The notes under the pieces were generated by a model that did no database searches, was not told the origin of the DNA, and saw only the letters and a list, made by a program, of their open reading frames with translations. The translations under genes and the position numbers were made by a program. A stretch of 59,611 bases of DNA, filler included, from Sanchytrium tribonematis (lineage: Eukaryota): assembly GCA_018985235.1 (NCBI GenBank). It is 8 parts of 8 records of this genome, joined end to end, with 100 filler letters (N's around TTAATTAATTAA, not from the genome) between each part and the next. Parts side by side here need not be neighbours in the genome. Positions count along the whole stretch, not along the records: positions 7,513 to 14,911 come from JADGIG010000437.1; positions 15,012 to 22,401 come from JADGIG010000438.1; 6 more parts are not named here. One strand, 5' to 3'. This document shows, piece by piece, positions 10,821 through 21,095 of the stretch. How positions within the stretch are numbered: position 1 is the stretch's first letter; each line of letters opens with the position of its first letter.

Positions 10821-12380
10821 TTATAAAGTCTTTACCAACTCCCTCCCCCACCATATTTTTAAAATGTCAAGAAAAATAAAACAATTACTTACTTCATGTA
10901 TTAATAAAGTTTCACCACTTAAATTAATAGTTACTTCTTGTGGAACATTTGCATCAAAAGTCACCTCATCTTCATTAAATAGTGCAATTCCGAACTCTTC
11001 TACGCCTTTTGCTCCCAAAGTAACACTCCAATTCCAAAATTTGTTGGATTTACAAGTAATAGAATAATGCACACATAATTGTAACCTTTTACTTTTCACT
11101 GGAACCAGTAATTGAAATTTGTCTTGCTCCAGTGGATTCTAATGTTTGTTTGGTTTCCATATTCATCCAAATTGTAGTTTCATCTGCAAATACATTGGAA
11201 TATAGTGACAATTTGCTTTTAACTTTTAAAATATGCTTTGCTGCTGATTCAATGAAATACTGACCATCATTTTAACTGATTGTGTCGCTGTTCTTGGTAT
11301 GAAATAATTTCTTTTTGATGTTTGATCATTAAATTCTTCAAAATTTTGTTTTTCAATCCATTTATTTAAACATTCTTTAGTAACAATTAATCGATTTGCA
11401 TAACATTAAATTATAATTAATGTGACTCAAATGTAGATGGATTCCGAGATGGTTTGAGATTCGGAATAAATGTGTAGAACTATATGGGCTGTAATAACTG
11501 AGTCTGATGGCTCATATAACTTATATTGGTTCATATTTGCAAAATATGAGTGTTCTTTGTTTATTGGTGACTCAACTCAAAGCTGCTTCGAGATATTCCA
11601 GATCGTTAGAAGTGGCACAATTGACTAACCGGCTTCAAAGTAATTCATTTCTTCTTAAATCTTTGATTATACTTAATGCAATGGCATTCGAGCAATAGTT
11701 GCAGCTTTGTCTGTGGCTTTATCGATTGCAATTTTTCTTAAATCTGATTCTATGTGGTTTTGTCCAAGATATATTTTGTAAATGTTTAAAAACTGGAAGT
11801 TTTACATCAAGTTTCTTGTGTTTACTAAACCTGAAAAATCACCAGACATAGAAACAACATTTGATTTTGAATTTAAAATCTCGCATTACAAAAGCTTAAC
11901 TGGGAAAATACAAAGGTGAGATATCTAAATGAGACACGTCATTCCATTTTGCCTTAAACAACATCCCAATTTGATCATGCTCAAAATCTGTGCTTCCTTT
12001 TTCACAATTTCAGCTTTTTCGGCCGCCACCCATCTTTTTTTACGAGTTCTAGGTAAATCAGAGTTTAAAAGCTAAATTTTTTCTTCATGCCATTCATATG
12101 CACTAGTTCATGAAAATGGGCAACAAATATTTAGGAAATGTTTCCAAGCGGTGTATGGCTTGACTTGATAATCACGAATAAAGATCAAAAAGTCCTGCAG
12201 AAGCCCAACAATATTTGCTTGACTATGAATAACCATATTTATTAACCTGAATTTCTCTTTTTTAGTAAATAGATTCATTTTTGATTGGCTGAAACACTTT
12301 TGTAGAATTGTTTTAGCCCATTGAGAATTTGCAAATTTGGTTTCAGTTCTAAATTTGGGTTCGTTTAGCGCAACTTGCAA
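10821..12380 (-). pseudogene. pogo/Tigger-like (Tc1-mariner superfamily) transposase remnant
   Basis: Manual translation near 11190-11060 gives FADETTIWMNMETKQTLESTGARQISITGSSEK*KVTIMCA (DDE_1-type motif); near 12100-12015 gives W..RTRKKDGGGRK. Stops and frameshifts are present. Confidence 0.6.
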
Positions 12381-12521
12381 TTTAAAATTCCAATTGAATT
12401 TGAGGGGCTGATAATCGAATGTTTGCTAACTCTTTCATCATTAAAAAGTCATTTGCATTACAGGCTCGGACTTTATTCAGTCCAACCTCAACGTATTTTA
12501 TGATAAATTGATTGAAACAAT

Positions 12522-14171
12522 ATGAAACAACTGTACAGTTCCATCGCCATTCTCACAATATTTATTGCAATCAGCGAATATTACACTTATCAATCAGGTT
12601 TAGCGACCTCCGAATTAATTCCAGCTATCCTGAAATCAGATAAGGAATTATTTAATGCTCTAATTGTAAAATTTGTTTTTTTATTAGCTCTAAGTGCAAT
12701 TTTAAAATCGTTGACCTCTTTTTGTTCGAGCTACTTATCATTTGTAATTAGATTTGAAGTGCTAGAATCACTTAAACTTAAATTTAAATTGGTAGACATT
12801 GATTTCGATCAACGTTTGACGCAAGATTTAGAACTTATGTGTAATAAGCTATCAGAAATAGTGACCACGATGATTCCGGCTCCATTTATGGTGGTATTTT
12901 ATTGGTATAAGTCTGTGGAAGTTGCTGGTGACCTTTCACCTATAATAATTTTTGGATTTGTTATAGTTTCTTTTGTGGTTTCCTCAGTTATTGGTAAAAA
13001 AGTTCCCAGTCTGGTCTATTCAAAAGAAAAATCAGAAGGTAAATTAAGAATGCAATTTGTTAACTTGAAAGAAAGTGAAGAGTTGATAAAATTGTACAAT
13101 GGGATGAAAGTGGAGATGAATAATCTTCAAGAGTGTCTACAAATTTTAAAAAAAGTACAACTAAAAGTTATTTTGAATCTATTCGATGTTGATTTTTGGT
13201 CTCAACTTGTTGCTTACCTTGGCGGGATCTTGCCTTATTTTGTTCTTTCAATAGTAATTTTCAATTCAGCTTCTGATAAAATCAATACGTTATCAAGCGA
13301 AGATTTAGCTGGTGTAATTCAGATGGCAGTTTTTGTGCTCTTAATGTTAATGAACCGCTTTACAACAATCCTAGACAAATTCCCAATAATTTTTGAATTT
13401 ATTGGTTATTATAAAAGAGTATCTGAGACTCTTAAAATGATGGCTGAAGATGAAAAACCTGGTAATATGGAGACTAAATATCAATTTGGCACATTCGGGA
13501 TAGAAAATGCAAATGCAATTGCCAATGATGGATCTACGATTTTTGAAAAGCAAAGCATTGTTGCGCATCTGAACAACTCTTTATTTGTCACTGGTGAAAA
13601 TGGATGTGGTAAAACAACAATCACTCGTCTGATACGCAATTTATGGACTAATTCTACAGGAACGCGAGTTTTGCCGAGAGAAGCAAAATGGATGGTTATT
13701 CCTAGCAATCCCTATTTTGTTCAAGGTTCAATTATTCAAAATATTATTTATCCTTTATCTGACCAAGACAATATAAAACCTGAGGACGTATTACCATATT
13801 TAAAAATGATGGGTTTGGATTTCAACTCTAGGATTCACAGTTTAATGCTAAATTTTGATAAAAGTCCATTACAAGCTGTGTTGCCACTTGAGTTTTACAA
13901 ATCCCTCAGTATTGGTGAGCAGCAGAAGCTTTGTTTATGTAGAGCGTTGTTCTATAGACCCGAGTTTCTCATTATGGATGAATCTTTAAATAGCGTTGAC
14001 GAGGAATCGACTGCTGAATATTTTAGATTTTTAAAGCAACATAATTGTACTTTTATAACGATATCGCACAATCAACACCTTGAGCAATATCACGAAAGAT
14101 ATCTAGACTTGTCCCCAAATGACGGTGAAGAAAGCAGAAACACAAGAGCTCAGAGATTTGGACTTTTTTGA
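12522..14171 (+). CDS. ABCD-family half transporter (ABCD4/PXA-like)
   Basis: DQRLTQD, EGKLR (EAA-like), Walker A GENGCGKT, signature LSIGEQQKL, Walker B LIMDE and TISH. Confidence 0.88.
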   Translation: MKQLYSSIAILTIFIAISEYYTYQSGLATSELIPAILKSDKELFNALIVKFVFLLALSAILKSLTSFCSSYLSFVIRFEVLESLKLKFKLVDIDFDQRLTQDLELMCNKLSEIVTTMIPAPFMVVFYWYKSVEVAGDLSPIIIFGFVIVSFVVSSVIGKKVPSLVYSKEKSEGKLRMQFVNLKESEELIKLYNGMKVEMNNLQECLQILKKVQLKVILNLFDVDFWSQLVAYLGGILPYFVLSIVIFNSASDKINTLSSEDLAGVIQMAVFVLLMLMNRFTTILDKFPIIFEFIGYYKRVSETLKMMAEDEKPGNMETKYQFGTFGIENANAIANDGSTIFEKQSIVAHLNNSLFVTGENGCGKTTITRLIRNLWTNSTGTRVLPREAKWMVIPSNPYFVQGSIIQNIIYPLSDQDNIKPEDVLPYLKMMGLDFNSRIHSLMLNFDKSPLQAVLPLEFYKSLSIGEQQKLCLCRALFYRPEFLIMDESLNSVDEESTAEYFRFLKQHNCTFITISHNQHLEQYHERYLDLSPNDGEESRNTRAQRFGLF

Positions 14172-14193
14172 ATAATTTTAAATAAAAATTTTA

Positions 14194-14910
14194 CTAGCTA
14201 TAAAAGTTTTGTCTTTTCAAGTCGTGGTGTAATAATACGCCATCGCCACTCACAACTTCAGTCTTTTGATATCGCTTTGCGCGATCACATAACAAATGAG
14301 CCTGTTTGACTACATTGGGGATAGAAGTAGGGGCGGCGCTTCTTTGGAAGAGATAGCAAAGGGTGAAAGTCAATTGTTGCAAATTGTTTGCTGTAACATT
14401 CATTTCGTTTTTCAATACAACATATCGAGTAGGAATCGCCGTACCTTGTAAACCATTGTGGCTTTGCATGAAAAACTCGAGATGTTTTCCAGTAATCTCG
14501 CTGTCAATTACAAGTCCATTCTTTAAGTTTCCGTTTTTGGATGTGATTTTTGGATCTTCAGAAAAGAAGCGAGTCTGATGGCGTTTAACGCAACAAATGA
14601 AAAGAAGCTTCGCGTCGAACTTCAATTTTGACATAGCTTGCTTCATTGCTAAAATTTCTTTTGCGCCATATGTGTCAAATTGGCCCTCTGACAAGCCATC
14701 TCGAAAAACAATCAAATTTTTTGGCATCATTTTTGTTTTTTCCTTAAAAAAAGCAAACAACTCCATAGTGGCCTTGCAAATGACCTCGGAAGTATCCTCA
14801 CCATCTACCTCGTAAAATACGCTACGCATCTCATAAAAACCAGAGTTGACAGTTCCCACAAAACTAGCAGTGCTCTTTTGTCCAGATCTAGAACTGATTT
14901 CATCCCCATG
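14194..14910 (-). CDS. Argonaute, C-terminal PIWI domain (5'-partial)
   Basis: FRDGLSEGQF, KRHQTRFF, QSHNGLQGTAIPTRY and AHLLCDRA; the frame stays open to the contig edge. Confidence 0.93.
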   Translation of the reverse strand, partial: HGDEISSRSGQKSTASFVGTVNSGFYEMRSVFYEVDGEDTSEVICKATMELFAFFKEKTKMMPKNLIVFRDGLSEGQFDTYGAKEILAMKQAMSKLKFDAKLLFICCVKRHQTRFFSEDPKITSKNGNLKNGLVIDSEITGKHLEFFMQSHNGLQGTAIPTRYVVLKNEMNVTANNLQQLTFTLCYLFQRSAAPTSIPNVVKQAHLLCDRAKRYQKTEVVSGDGVLLHHDLKRQNFYS

Positions 14911-14911
14911 A

Positions 14912-15011
14912 NNNNNNNNNNNNNNNNNNNNNNNNNNNNNNNNNNNNNNNNNNNNTTAATTAATTAANNNNNNNNNNNNNNNNNNNNNNNNNNNNNNNNN
15001 NNNNNNNNNNN
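14912..15011. other. Artificial contig linker
   Basis: N44-TTAATTAATTAA-N44. Confidence 0.98.
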
Positions 15012-15013
15012 CA

Positions 15014-15442
15014 AATCATGCCAAAACCAGTGTCGAATTAACAGATGCCAAAGTCAAGACTGATGAAGCTTATGTTGCAAAGAATTGTGGATTTGAATTA
15101 CGATGTTCTGCAAATATTTCTAAATGTCCTGTGGGTGCAGATGGATGTGCTTATACGCCATTAATTGATCCAATATTGGGTATTTGCTATAAAGATTTAA
15201 CGAATTCATGCGAATATGCATTTGGTCATGGATGTTATATTCAAAAATTAAAATCACAAGATTCTGATGCGTGTGTTAAATTTCATGATACTGAATTGGT
15301 TCCATCTACAAAAGCACGACATCATGCAAAAAAGATTAAAAGTGATGCGCAATGGGCTATGGCAGGATTAGGACTGGCAGCTATTGCAGAAGGGATTGCC
15401 GCATATGGTATTTTGATTTATTTGAAAGGGATGAAGCAATAA
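15014..15442 (+). CDS. Cys-rich array member 1 (5'-partial), close paralogue of 17256..18158
   Basis: CGFELRC..GIC..C..GCYIQKLKSQDSDAC aligns with CAFEFRC..GIC..C..GCYIQPLKSKDSDAC; C-terminal hydrophobic helix. Confidence 0.75.
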   Translation, partial: NHAKTSVELTDAKVKTDEAYVAKNCGFELRCSANISKCPVGADGCAYTPLIDPILGICYKDLTNSCEYAFGHGCYIQKLKSQDSDACVKFHDTELVPSTKARHHAKKIKSDAQWAMAGLGLAAIAEGIAAYGILIYLKGMKQ

Positions 15443-15485
15443 ATACATGATTTGACAGTGTTTTGCACTAATAGGAGGTTAAACA

Positions 15486-15530
15486 ATCACGCCATGATAT
15501 CGTCATAATGGCGTGATAGTCACTATAAAT
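15486..15530 (+). promoter_or_regulatory. Putative promoter: 10-bp inverted repeat plus TATA-like element
   Basis: ATCACGCCAT (15486-95) and ATGGCGTGAT (15508-17), then TATAAAT (15524-30), 24 nt before the ATG. Confidence 0.4.
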
Positions 15531-15554
15531 AGAATCTCGTGTTGATGGCGCATC

Positions 15555-16337
15555 ATGTTGTTTATCAATGCGATATTTGCCAGAATTCATTTGCCACAAA
15601 TAGTGATTTCAACAAGCAATGATTTGTTAAATGCTGCTAGTCAATATGAATTAGAAGCACTAGAATGCTTTAAACAACTATTTAACAATGCACCATGTCA
15701 TGTACCCACTGAAATTCGTAGTGAAATGACTATGAAATGGAATGCATGGATTGATGCCATTCGAATGAATCCAGGATCAAAAAAAGTGATTTTTGAGTTA
15801 TTATTTGGTGTGAAGCAGTATCATGAGCCACAACTGTTGAAAAGGAACATTAAGAAATATGAGAATGCTTTGACGAGGATTTTATTGCCTCATTCATCTA
15901 AAATACACAAAAATGTGATGATGAAATTATTATATGCTGTAATTTTGGATTCGGGATTATTGGGGAATTCTGGGTACTTTTGCTTTCTTTGGAATAGAAG
16001 AGTACGGGATGAAAAGTTTATTATTCATGCAGATCAAGCTATTCAACAACTGATTCAAGATAATTGCTATTTTGCATTTCAATCAAATGATGGAGCATTG
16101 TGTTTTGATGACACGCAAGATATTTGTCAATCTGCACCACTGGGTGATTTAAAATTAAATCAATGTATAAATTATTATACAAATGAATACAGGAAAGCCA
16201 AAAAAGCGTATCAAGAGATAATTCATATTGAAGCATCATTGGTTCATCTTTCCATGATGGGATTTATACAAGTAATTGCATTTGTATTTGCATTAAGTGC
16301 ATTAAGAAATGCATTGGTGAATAATAAAGGACAATAA
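15555..16337 (+). CDS. Array member 2: signal peptide, LLKR site, hydrophobic helix, Cys loop, hydrophobic helix
   Basis: MLFINAIFA, LLKR, CYFAF..C..C..C and a C-terminal hydrophobic stretch. Confidence 0.7.
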   Translation: MLFINAIFARIHLPQIVISTSNDLLNAASQYELEALECFKQLFNNAPCHVPTEIRSEMTMKWNAWIDAIRMNPGSKKVIFELLFGVKQYHEPQLLKRNIKKYENALTRILLPHSSKIHKNVMMKLLYAVILDSGLLGNSGYFCFLWNRRVRDEKFIIHADQAIQQLIQDNCYFAFQSNDGALCFDDTQDICQSAPLGDLKLNQCINYYTNEYRKAKKAYQEIIHIEASLVHLSMMGFIQVIAFVFALSALRNALVNNKGQ

Positions 16338-16437
16338 ATCTATTTTTACAAAATTTTGCACTGCAAAATGAGGGGGATACATAATGATGTCATTTATGAT
16401 GTCATTTTAACTTCATTATGATGACATTTAAAACAAC

Positions 16438-17139
16438 ATGTTGATTTCTATTGCAATTGTATTTGCCAGACCTGTATTGCTATTACAGCCAGTACAAACA
16501 AATCCATTTGCACAATTATTCTTTAAATCCATGGGATTGTCAGATCATGTAGTGCAATCTGGTATTCAATTCTTGAAATTTGCAATGATTTGTGAACCAA
16601 TCTTTTTAAAATGTGATAATTTGAAAGATTGTTCATTACATGCAACAGATATGGAATATGGCACTAATTTGTGGAATCAATTGATTGATACAATGGATGA
16701 TGAGTCATTTAAACTCATGAGAGATCATTTGATAGCAAATTTAAAGTGGGGAACCCATGTAAAATTACGAAAAAGAACATTACAAGAAAATGATATTGAA
16801 AGTAATTTACCAGGAAATCGCAGAGTACCAACTGTTTCTAATTATCGAGCTATTCCAATTTCAATCTATTTGTTAAATTTGATGATTGTCACAATGATAT
16901 TTTTATTAATCAAAAATCATTCATTTTATTCAACAATCCATGCCACAACACCAATTTGTGATGTAAAAGCATCCAATTACAATGAGTGTCATAAATTAAT
17001 TGAAAATGTTGATCATCAGCCAATTGAAACATATATGCAAGATACGCCTGCAAATATTATCTGGAATCCATCAAATGAGGATGTTTTAGGATCATTTTTG
17101 TTACTTGTCAAACAACAAATGGATTTTTTTAATCAATAA
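16438..17139 (+). CDS. Array member 3
   Basis: MLISIAIVFAR, LFFKSMGL (shared with member 5), LRKR, a TM helix and CDVKASNYNEC; the second hydrophobic helix is weak. Confidence 0.7.
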   Translation: MLISIAIVFARPVLLLQPVQTNPFAQLFFKSMGLSDHVVQSGIQFLKFAMICEPIFLKCDNLKDCSLHATDMEYGTNLWNQLIDTMDDESFKLMRDHLIANLKWGTHVKLRKRTLQENDIESNLPGNRRVPTVSNYRAIPISIYLLNLMIVTMIFLLIKNHSFYSTIHATTPICDVKASNYNECHKLIENVDHQPIETYMQDTPANIIWNPSNEDVLGSFLLLVKQQMDFFNQ

Positions 17140-17255
17140 ATGGTATTGCACAACAAGGAGATGAATGACTGCCACATGATATTTTATTTCATCATTTATG
17201 GCATCATCATGGCATCATATTTATAATAAAAGTCATTTCATGTCTTTGATGCATC

Positions 17256-18158
17256 ATGTTGTTTATATTGTTGCTATTTGCCACCCAATTGCTTGAATTA
17301 TCACCAGCCACTCAAACATTTATTCAATTTGCCATTCAAATTGAAGCACAAGGAATAAACATACTTGAATGCTTAAAACAAGCATCAAATCCAAATGAAT
17401 GTGATGTAGATTCAGTATTAATCCAACAAGCATTTGATGAATCAAAACAATTTGCAAATTCATTAAATTTAGAGGCATTGGAACAAATCAGTCAATTTTT
17501 ACAAGGTCATGGTCCATCTCATTTGATTGTACTACCACAAACACGATTTAAAAGAGCATTGACTGAATTACCAATAACGCATCCCATTAATAATCGAATG
17601 ATTAAAATCACTTTTAAACGTGCCATTAAATTAATTGGAATTGTATTGGGTTTGGCGGCATTAAATGCAGCTTGGTATCCAATTGTACATACGTTGATTA
17701 AAAATCATCATAAAATACACCCATTAAACCACATTATCAATATTCAAACTGATCAAATTAACAAATTAGAAAATCAATTTAATTCTGATTGTGCATTTGA
17801 ATTTAGATGTAAAGGCCCTGATCCATCACAAGTAGATTGTCTTGTAGGAGATGATAAATGTGAAATACAGCCAATGATTGATACAAAATATGGTATTTGT
17901 TTACAAGAAGTGAAAGTTATTTGTGAAAATGCATTGAAACACGGATGTTATATTCAACCATTAAAATCAAAAGATTCAGATGCATGTATTGCGTATGATG
18001 TTACTAAAATCGAACCAATTAAAAGTGAAAGACACATTCAAAAAACAAGGAGATTTAATATTAGAGGAACATTGGTAGGATATTATTTTTTGGGAGCTTT
18101 GGATGCCATTGTGATTGCCTATTTACTACATAGTTTAAAAATTGAGTTTAAAAATTAA
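17256..18158 (+). CDS. Array member 4
   Basis: MLFILLLFA, RFKR, TM1, an 8-Cys loop and TM2. Confidence 0.72.
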   Translation: MLFILLLFATQLLELSPATQTFIQFAIQIEAQGINILECLKQASNPNECDVDSVLIQQAFDESKQFANSLNLEALEQISQFLQGHGPSHLIVLPQTRFKRALTELPITHPINNRMIKITFKRAIKLIGIVLGLAALNAAWYPIVHTLIKNHHKIHPLNHIINIQTDQINKLENQFNSDCAFEFRCKGPDPSQVDCLVGDDKCEIQPMIDTKYGICLQEVKVICENALKHGCYIQPLKSKDSDACIAYDVTKIEPIKSERHIQKTRRFNIRGTLVGYYFLGALDAIVIAYLLHSLKIEFKN

Positions 18159-18253
18159 ATTCAATAAATCACGGGTTTGACAATGTTTTGTATTTGGGGT
18201 AATTTCTGCCAATGATAGCAGAGTACAACGTCACCCGCTCATGAAAAAGAATC

Positions 18254-18991
18254 ATGTTATTGTCCATTTTCATTTCATTTGCAAGAGTATCCCATACAAC
18301 ATCAGAAACAGTCAGAATTGCAAATAATCCATTAAATAAACAGTCTGATGGAATGAATATGCAATTATTATTTGAATCCATGGGTCTACATCCTAATATA
18401 ATACAATCTGGTGCTCAATTCATGTCATTTGTCATATTACATAAAGCAGAATTAATGAAATGTGTTAGGCAATCAAATTGTCTATTAAAGAACACAAAGC
18501 AACATGGACGATTATTATGGATCCAATTTATGAATACAATGACTAATGAGTCATATCAAAAGATTAAAGACTATTTAATGAAATTGATTAAAGTGAAAAT
18601 GAATTCAAATCATCTTGTTGAAAGATCACCAGAGAAGACTGATGATGACGCAGATGTAATTGATTTGAATCAAGAAAATACATCCAAAATAGTAGCACTA
18701 TTCAAATTGATGGCTCTTTTAGTGCTATCTCTTGGATTGGGATATATTGGAATTTTATTACATAAATATGGAGATACTACTAAATTAATGGATGAAGTAT
18801 GCGGCATAGAATTAAGAGTAGCCAATTATAGAGAATGTCGCTATGATGTCCATATGGTCGGTGGAGACATTGAAAATCAAATTAATTCTGCTGAATTTTA
18901 TCAAATTGTGACACGCCTCATTTTTACGACGGATATTGTTTTTATTCCTATTTTATTGACTTTGATGTATGATGTTCATTTTAATCAGTAA
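18254..18991 (+). CDS. Array member 5
   Basis: MLLSIFISFAR, LLFESMGL, LVER, TM1, CGIELRVANYREC and TM2. Confidence 0.7.
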   Translation: MLLSIFISFARVSHTTSETVRIANNPLNKQSDGMNMQLLFESMGLHPNIIQSGAQFMSFVILHKAELMKCVRQSNCLLKNTKQHGRLLWIQFMNTMTNESYQKIKDYLMKLIKVKMNSNHLVERSPEKTDDDADVIDLNQENTSKIVALFKLMALLVLSLGLGYIGILLHKYGDTTKLMDEVCGIELRVANYRECRYDVHMVGGDIENQINSAEFYQIVTRLIFTTDIVFIPILLTLMYDVHFNQ

Positions 18992-19080
18992 ATGATGCAA
19001 ATATGATGCAATTTTGGAGTTAATCTGACAAATGACAGCACGGTATGGCGTCATTTGCAATTTAAAAATAGTCACCCATC

Positions 19081-20077
19081 ATGATGTGGTCCATTGTCTT
19101 CTTATTCCTATAAATTTAATGGCCATGTATGATGCTATTTGCCAATGAATTACGATTCTAAAATGTTTGGTATCCAGCCCCCTTGTGACAATGTTGCTTC
19201 CTGCTATGACAGTTCCACGATTGAATGGATTCAGTGGAGATACTGTTGTGGCAGCAAATCAGTTATCCCATTAAGTAATGAAGTATCGGGTAGCTGCAGA
19301 ATATTGCGTGCAACATGTCTGGAAGAAATGCAACGTACCATATCGAGTAAAACAGGGTGCTTTGCGTACATGGTATGCATTTACAGATACTGTTGATCGT
19401 AAACAATTTCCATTAATTGCTAAATATCTAGCAGGTGGTCAATGGAACAAGGTAAAGGAGCATTTAAATGTCATTTTGGCACGTGGCTCTCTTTATAAAA
19501 GAGTATTACGAAATGAGGTAATGGAAGCACAAACCGGTGAGCAAATAGGGAATTCTAATGAGAACAAAGCTAAAAAGAGACGAAATCGTATTTATAATCG
19601 ATTTTAGCTATTTTAGCACTAAGTGGCTTATTGTATGCTGCTGTATGGGGTTATATTCAAAATGAGCATGGTTTAGAACATATGAGTGAAATAAGCAACT
19701 TGGCAAATAAGGGTGAAGAAGACATTTTACAAAAAATTATAAACAATTGTGAGTTCAAAAACGTTGGACCAGGCTGTGATGTTCTAGATATTAATCCGTA
19801 TTATTGGACATGTTTGCCAGCCAAAATGGAAGCGTGTCAAACATCCATTAAAGATGGAACATGCCATGTGGAACAAAAAGGAGAATTTGATCAAGAAAAA
19901 TGCAACAAGTTGAGCAATAATTTATCAACAGCATTAGACGATGTGGACGATGCAAAAACACGAGTGAATGAATTGAGTCAAAGAAAAGTTTGGATTCTTA
20001 TAGCTACTTGTACTGATACAGCAGCGTTGCTTGCTGCGGTATATTCACTTTACAAGGCTGTCTTTAAGATCAAATAA
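19081..20077 (+). pseudogene. Array member 6, disrupted; paralogue of 20097..21050
   Basis: MMWSIVFLFL* signal fragment, several in-frame stops and a frameshift near 19605. VAAEYC..RVKQGALRTWYAFTDT is nearly identical to member 7; LYKR site. Confidence 0.65.
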
Positions 20078-20096
20078 ATCTAAAATTACAATTATC

Positions 20097-21050
20097 ATGC
20101 TGTTTAGCAAGGAAAAGTGCAATTTTAACCCCTTTCTGACAATGTTGCTTCCTTCTATGACATATTTTCTACGATGGAATGGAATCAGTACAAATACTAT
20201 AAAAGCAGCAAATCGATTATCCAAATATGTAATGGAGCATCAGGTAGCTGCAGAATACTGCTTTCATCAACTACCAAAGAGATGCATTGTGCCAAATCGA
20301 GTAAAAAAGGGTGCTTTGCGTACATGGTATACATTTACAGATACCATTCATGAACGAGAATATAATGTCATTGCCAAGCTTCTAGCAGGCCAACAATGGG
20401 ATCAAATCCCAAAAGATTTGAGATATTTAAATGAGCATTCTCTTTTAAAAAGAGGTTTAACCACTGATGGAACTCATGAATTTGCTAGTGGAGATGTAGA
20501 ATTAGCCATTCAACTCCCACAACAGTCTGCTGATACCAATGACAAGAAATCCATTGATGAATTTCGAAAATCTATTTTTCTAAAATTAGTTACAATTTTA
20601 TTACTTGCAGGTTCAATGTTTGCAACTGGTTGGGGTATGAAGTCTTATTATCACAAAACTGGGTTGGGTGAAGCTAGAATTACATTTGCAGATGAGACAT
20701 TAGCAACCGTGTCTAATACAATCAGAAATCATTGCGGATTTAAATTTGTAGAACCAAAATGCGACTATTTGATCAGTGATTATGGTGATTGTGTGATAGA
20801 TGATGGATGTCAAAGTGCAATTAACAATGGAGTGTGTCATGTGGTGCCTACAAAAGATTATAATTATACGGATTGCCAGAACTTGATCCCTCAACTGCAA
20901 GCAGCCACAAGAGACCTTGAAGATGCTAATTCAGAATGTTCGCTGTTATATTTTACAGATGCTTTAATCGTTGTAGCGGGATTATTTCAAATTTGTTGGT
21001 TTGTTTGGGTACTTTCAGAATTGCGCAGCGAGGTGCGAAAACATAAATAA
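20097..21050 (+). CDS. Array member 7 (signal peptide apparently missing)
   Basis: LLKR, TM1, CGFKF..C..C..C..C..C and TM2; starts 19 nt after the member 6 stop. Confidence 0.65.
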   Translation: MLFSKEKCNFNPFLTMLLPSMTYFLRWNGISTNTIKAANRLSKYVMEHQVAAEYCFHQLPKRCIVPNRVKKGALRTWYTFTDTIHEREYNVIAKLLAGQQWDQIPKDLRYLNEHSLLKRGLTTDGTHEFASGDVELAIQLPQQSADTNDKKSIDEFRKSIFLKLVTILLLAGSMFATGWGMKSYYHKTGLGEARITFADETLATVSNTIRNHCGFKFVEPKCDYLISDYGDCVIDDGCQSAINNGVCHVVPTKDYNYTDCQNLIPQLQAATRDLEDANSECSLLYFTDALIVVAGLFQICWFVWVLSELRSEVRKHK

Positions 21051-21095
21051 ATTGGAATAACATTACTAAATAAATCATTTGCACAATCCAATTTA

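Noticed and set aside
11040..11100. In-frame TAA codons suggesting TAA=Gln reassignment
   Set aside because: They occur only in decayed elements or inside introns. Long conserved genes have no internal TAA/TAG and often end in TAA, so the code is standard.
14194..15442. Apparent linkage of Argonaute with the Cys-rich gene array
   Set aside because: They lie on different contigs separated by an artificial linker.
19588..19607. Possible 20-nt intron GTATTTATAATCGATTTTAG that would repair the frameshift in array member 6
   Set aside because: Adding a single T makes the region collinear with paralogue 7 (RNRIYNRFLAILALSG versus RKSIFLKLVTILLLAG). It lacks the -6 A and the gene has other stops, so a 1-nt deletion is simpler.
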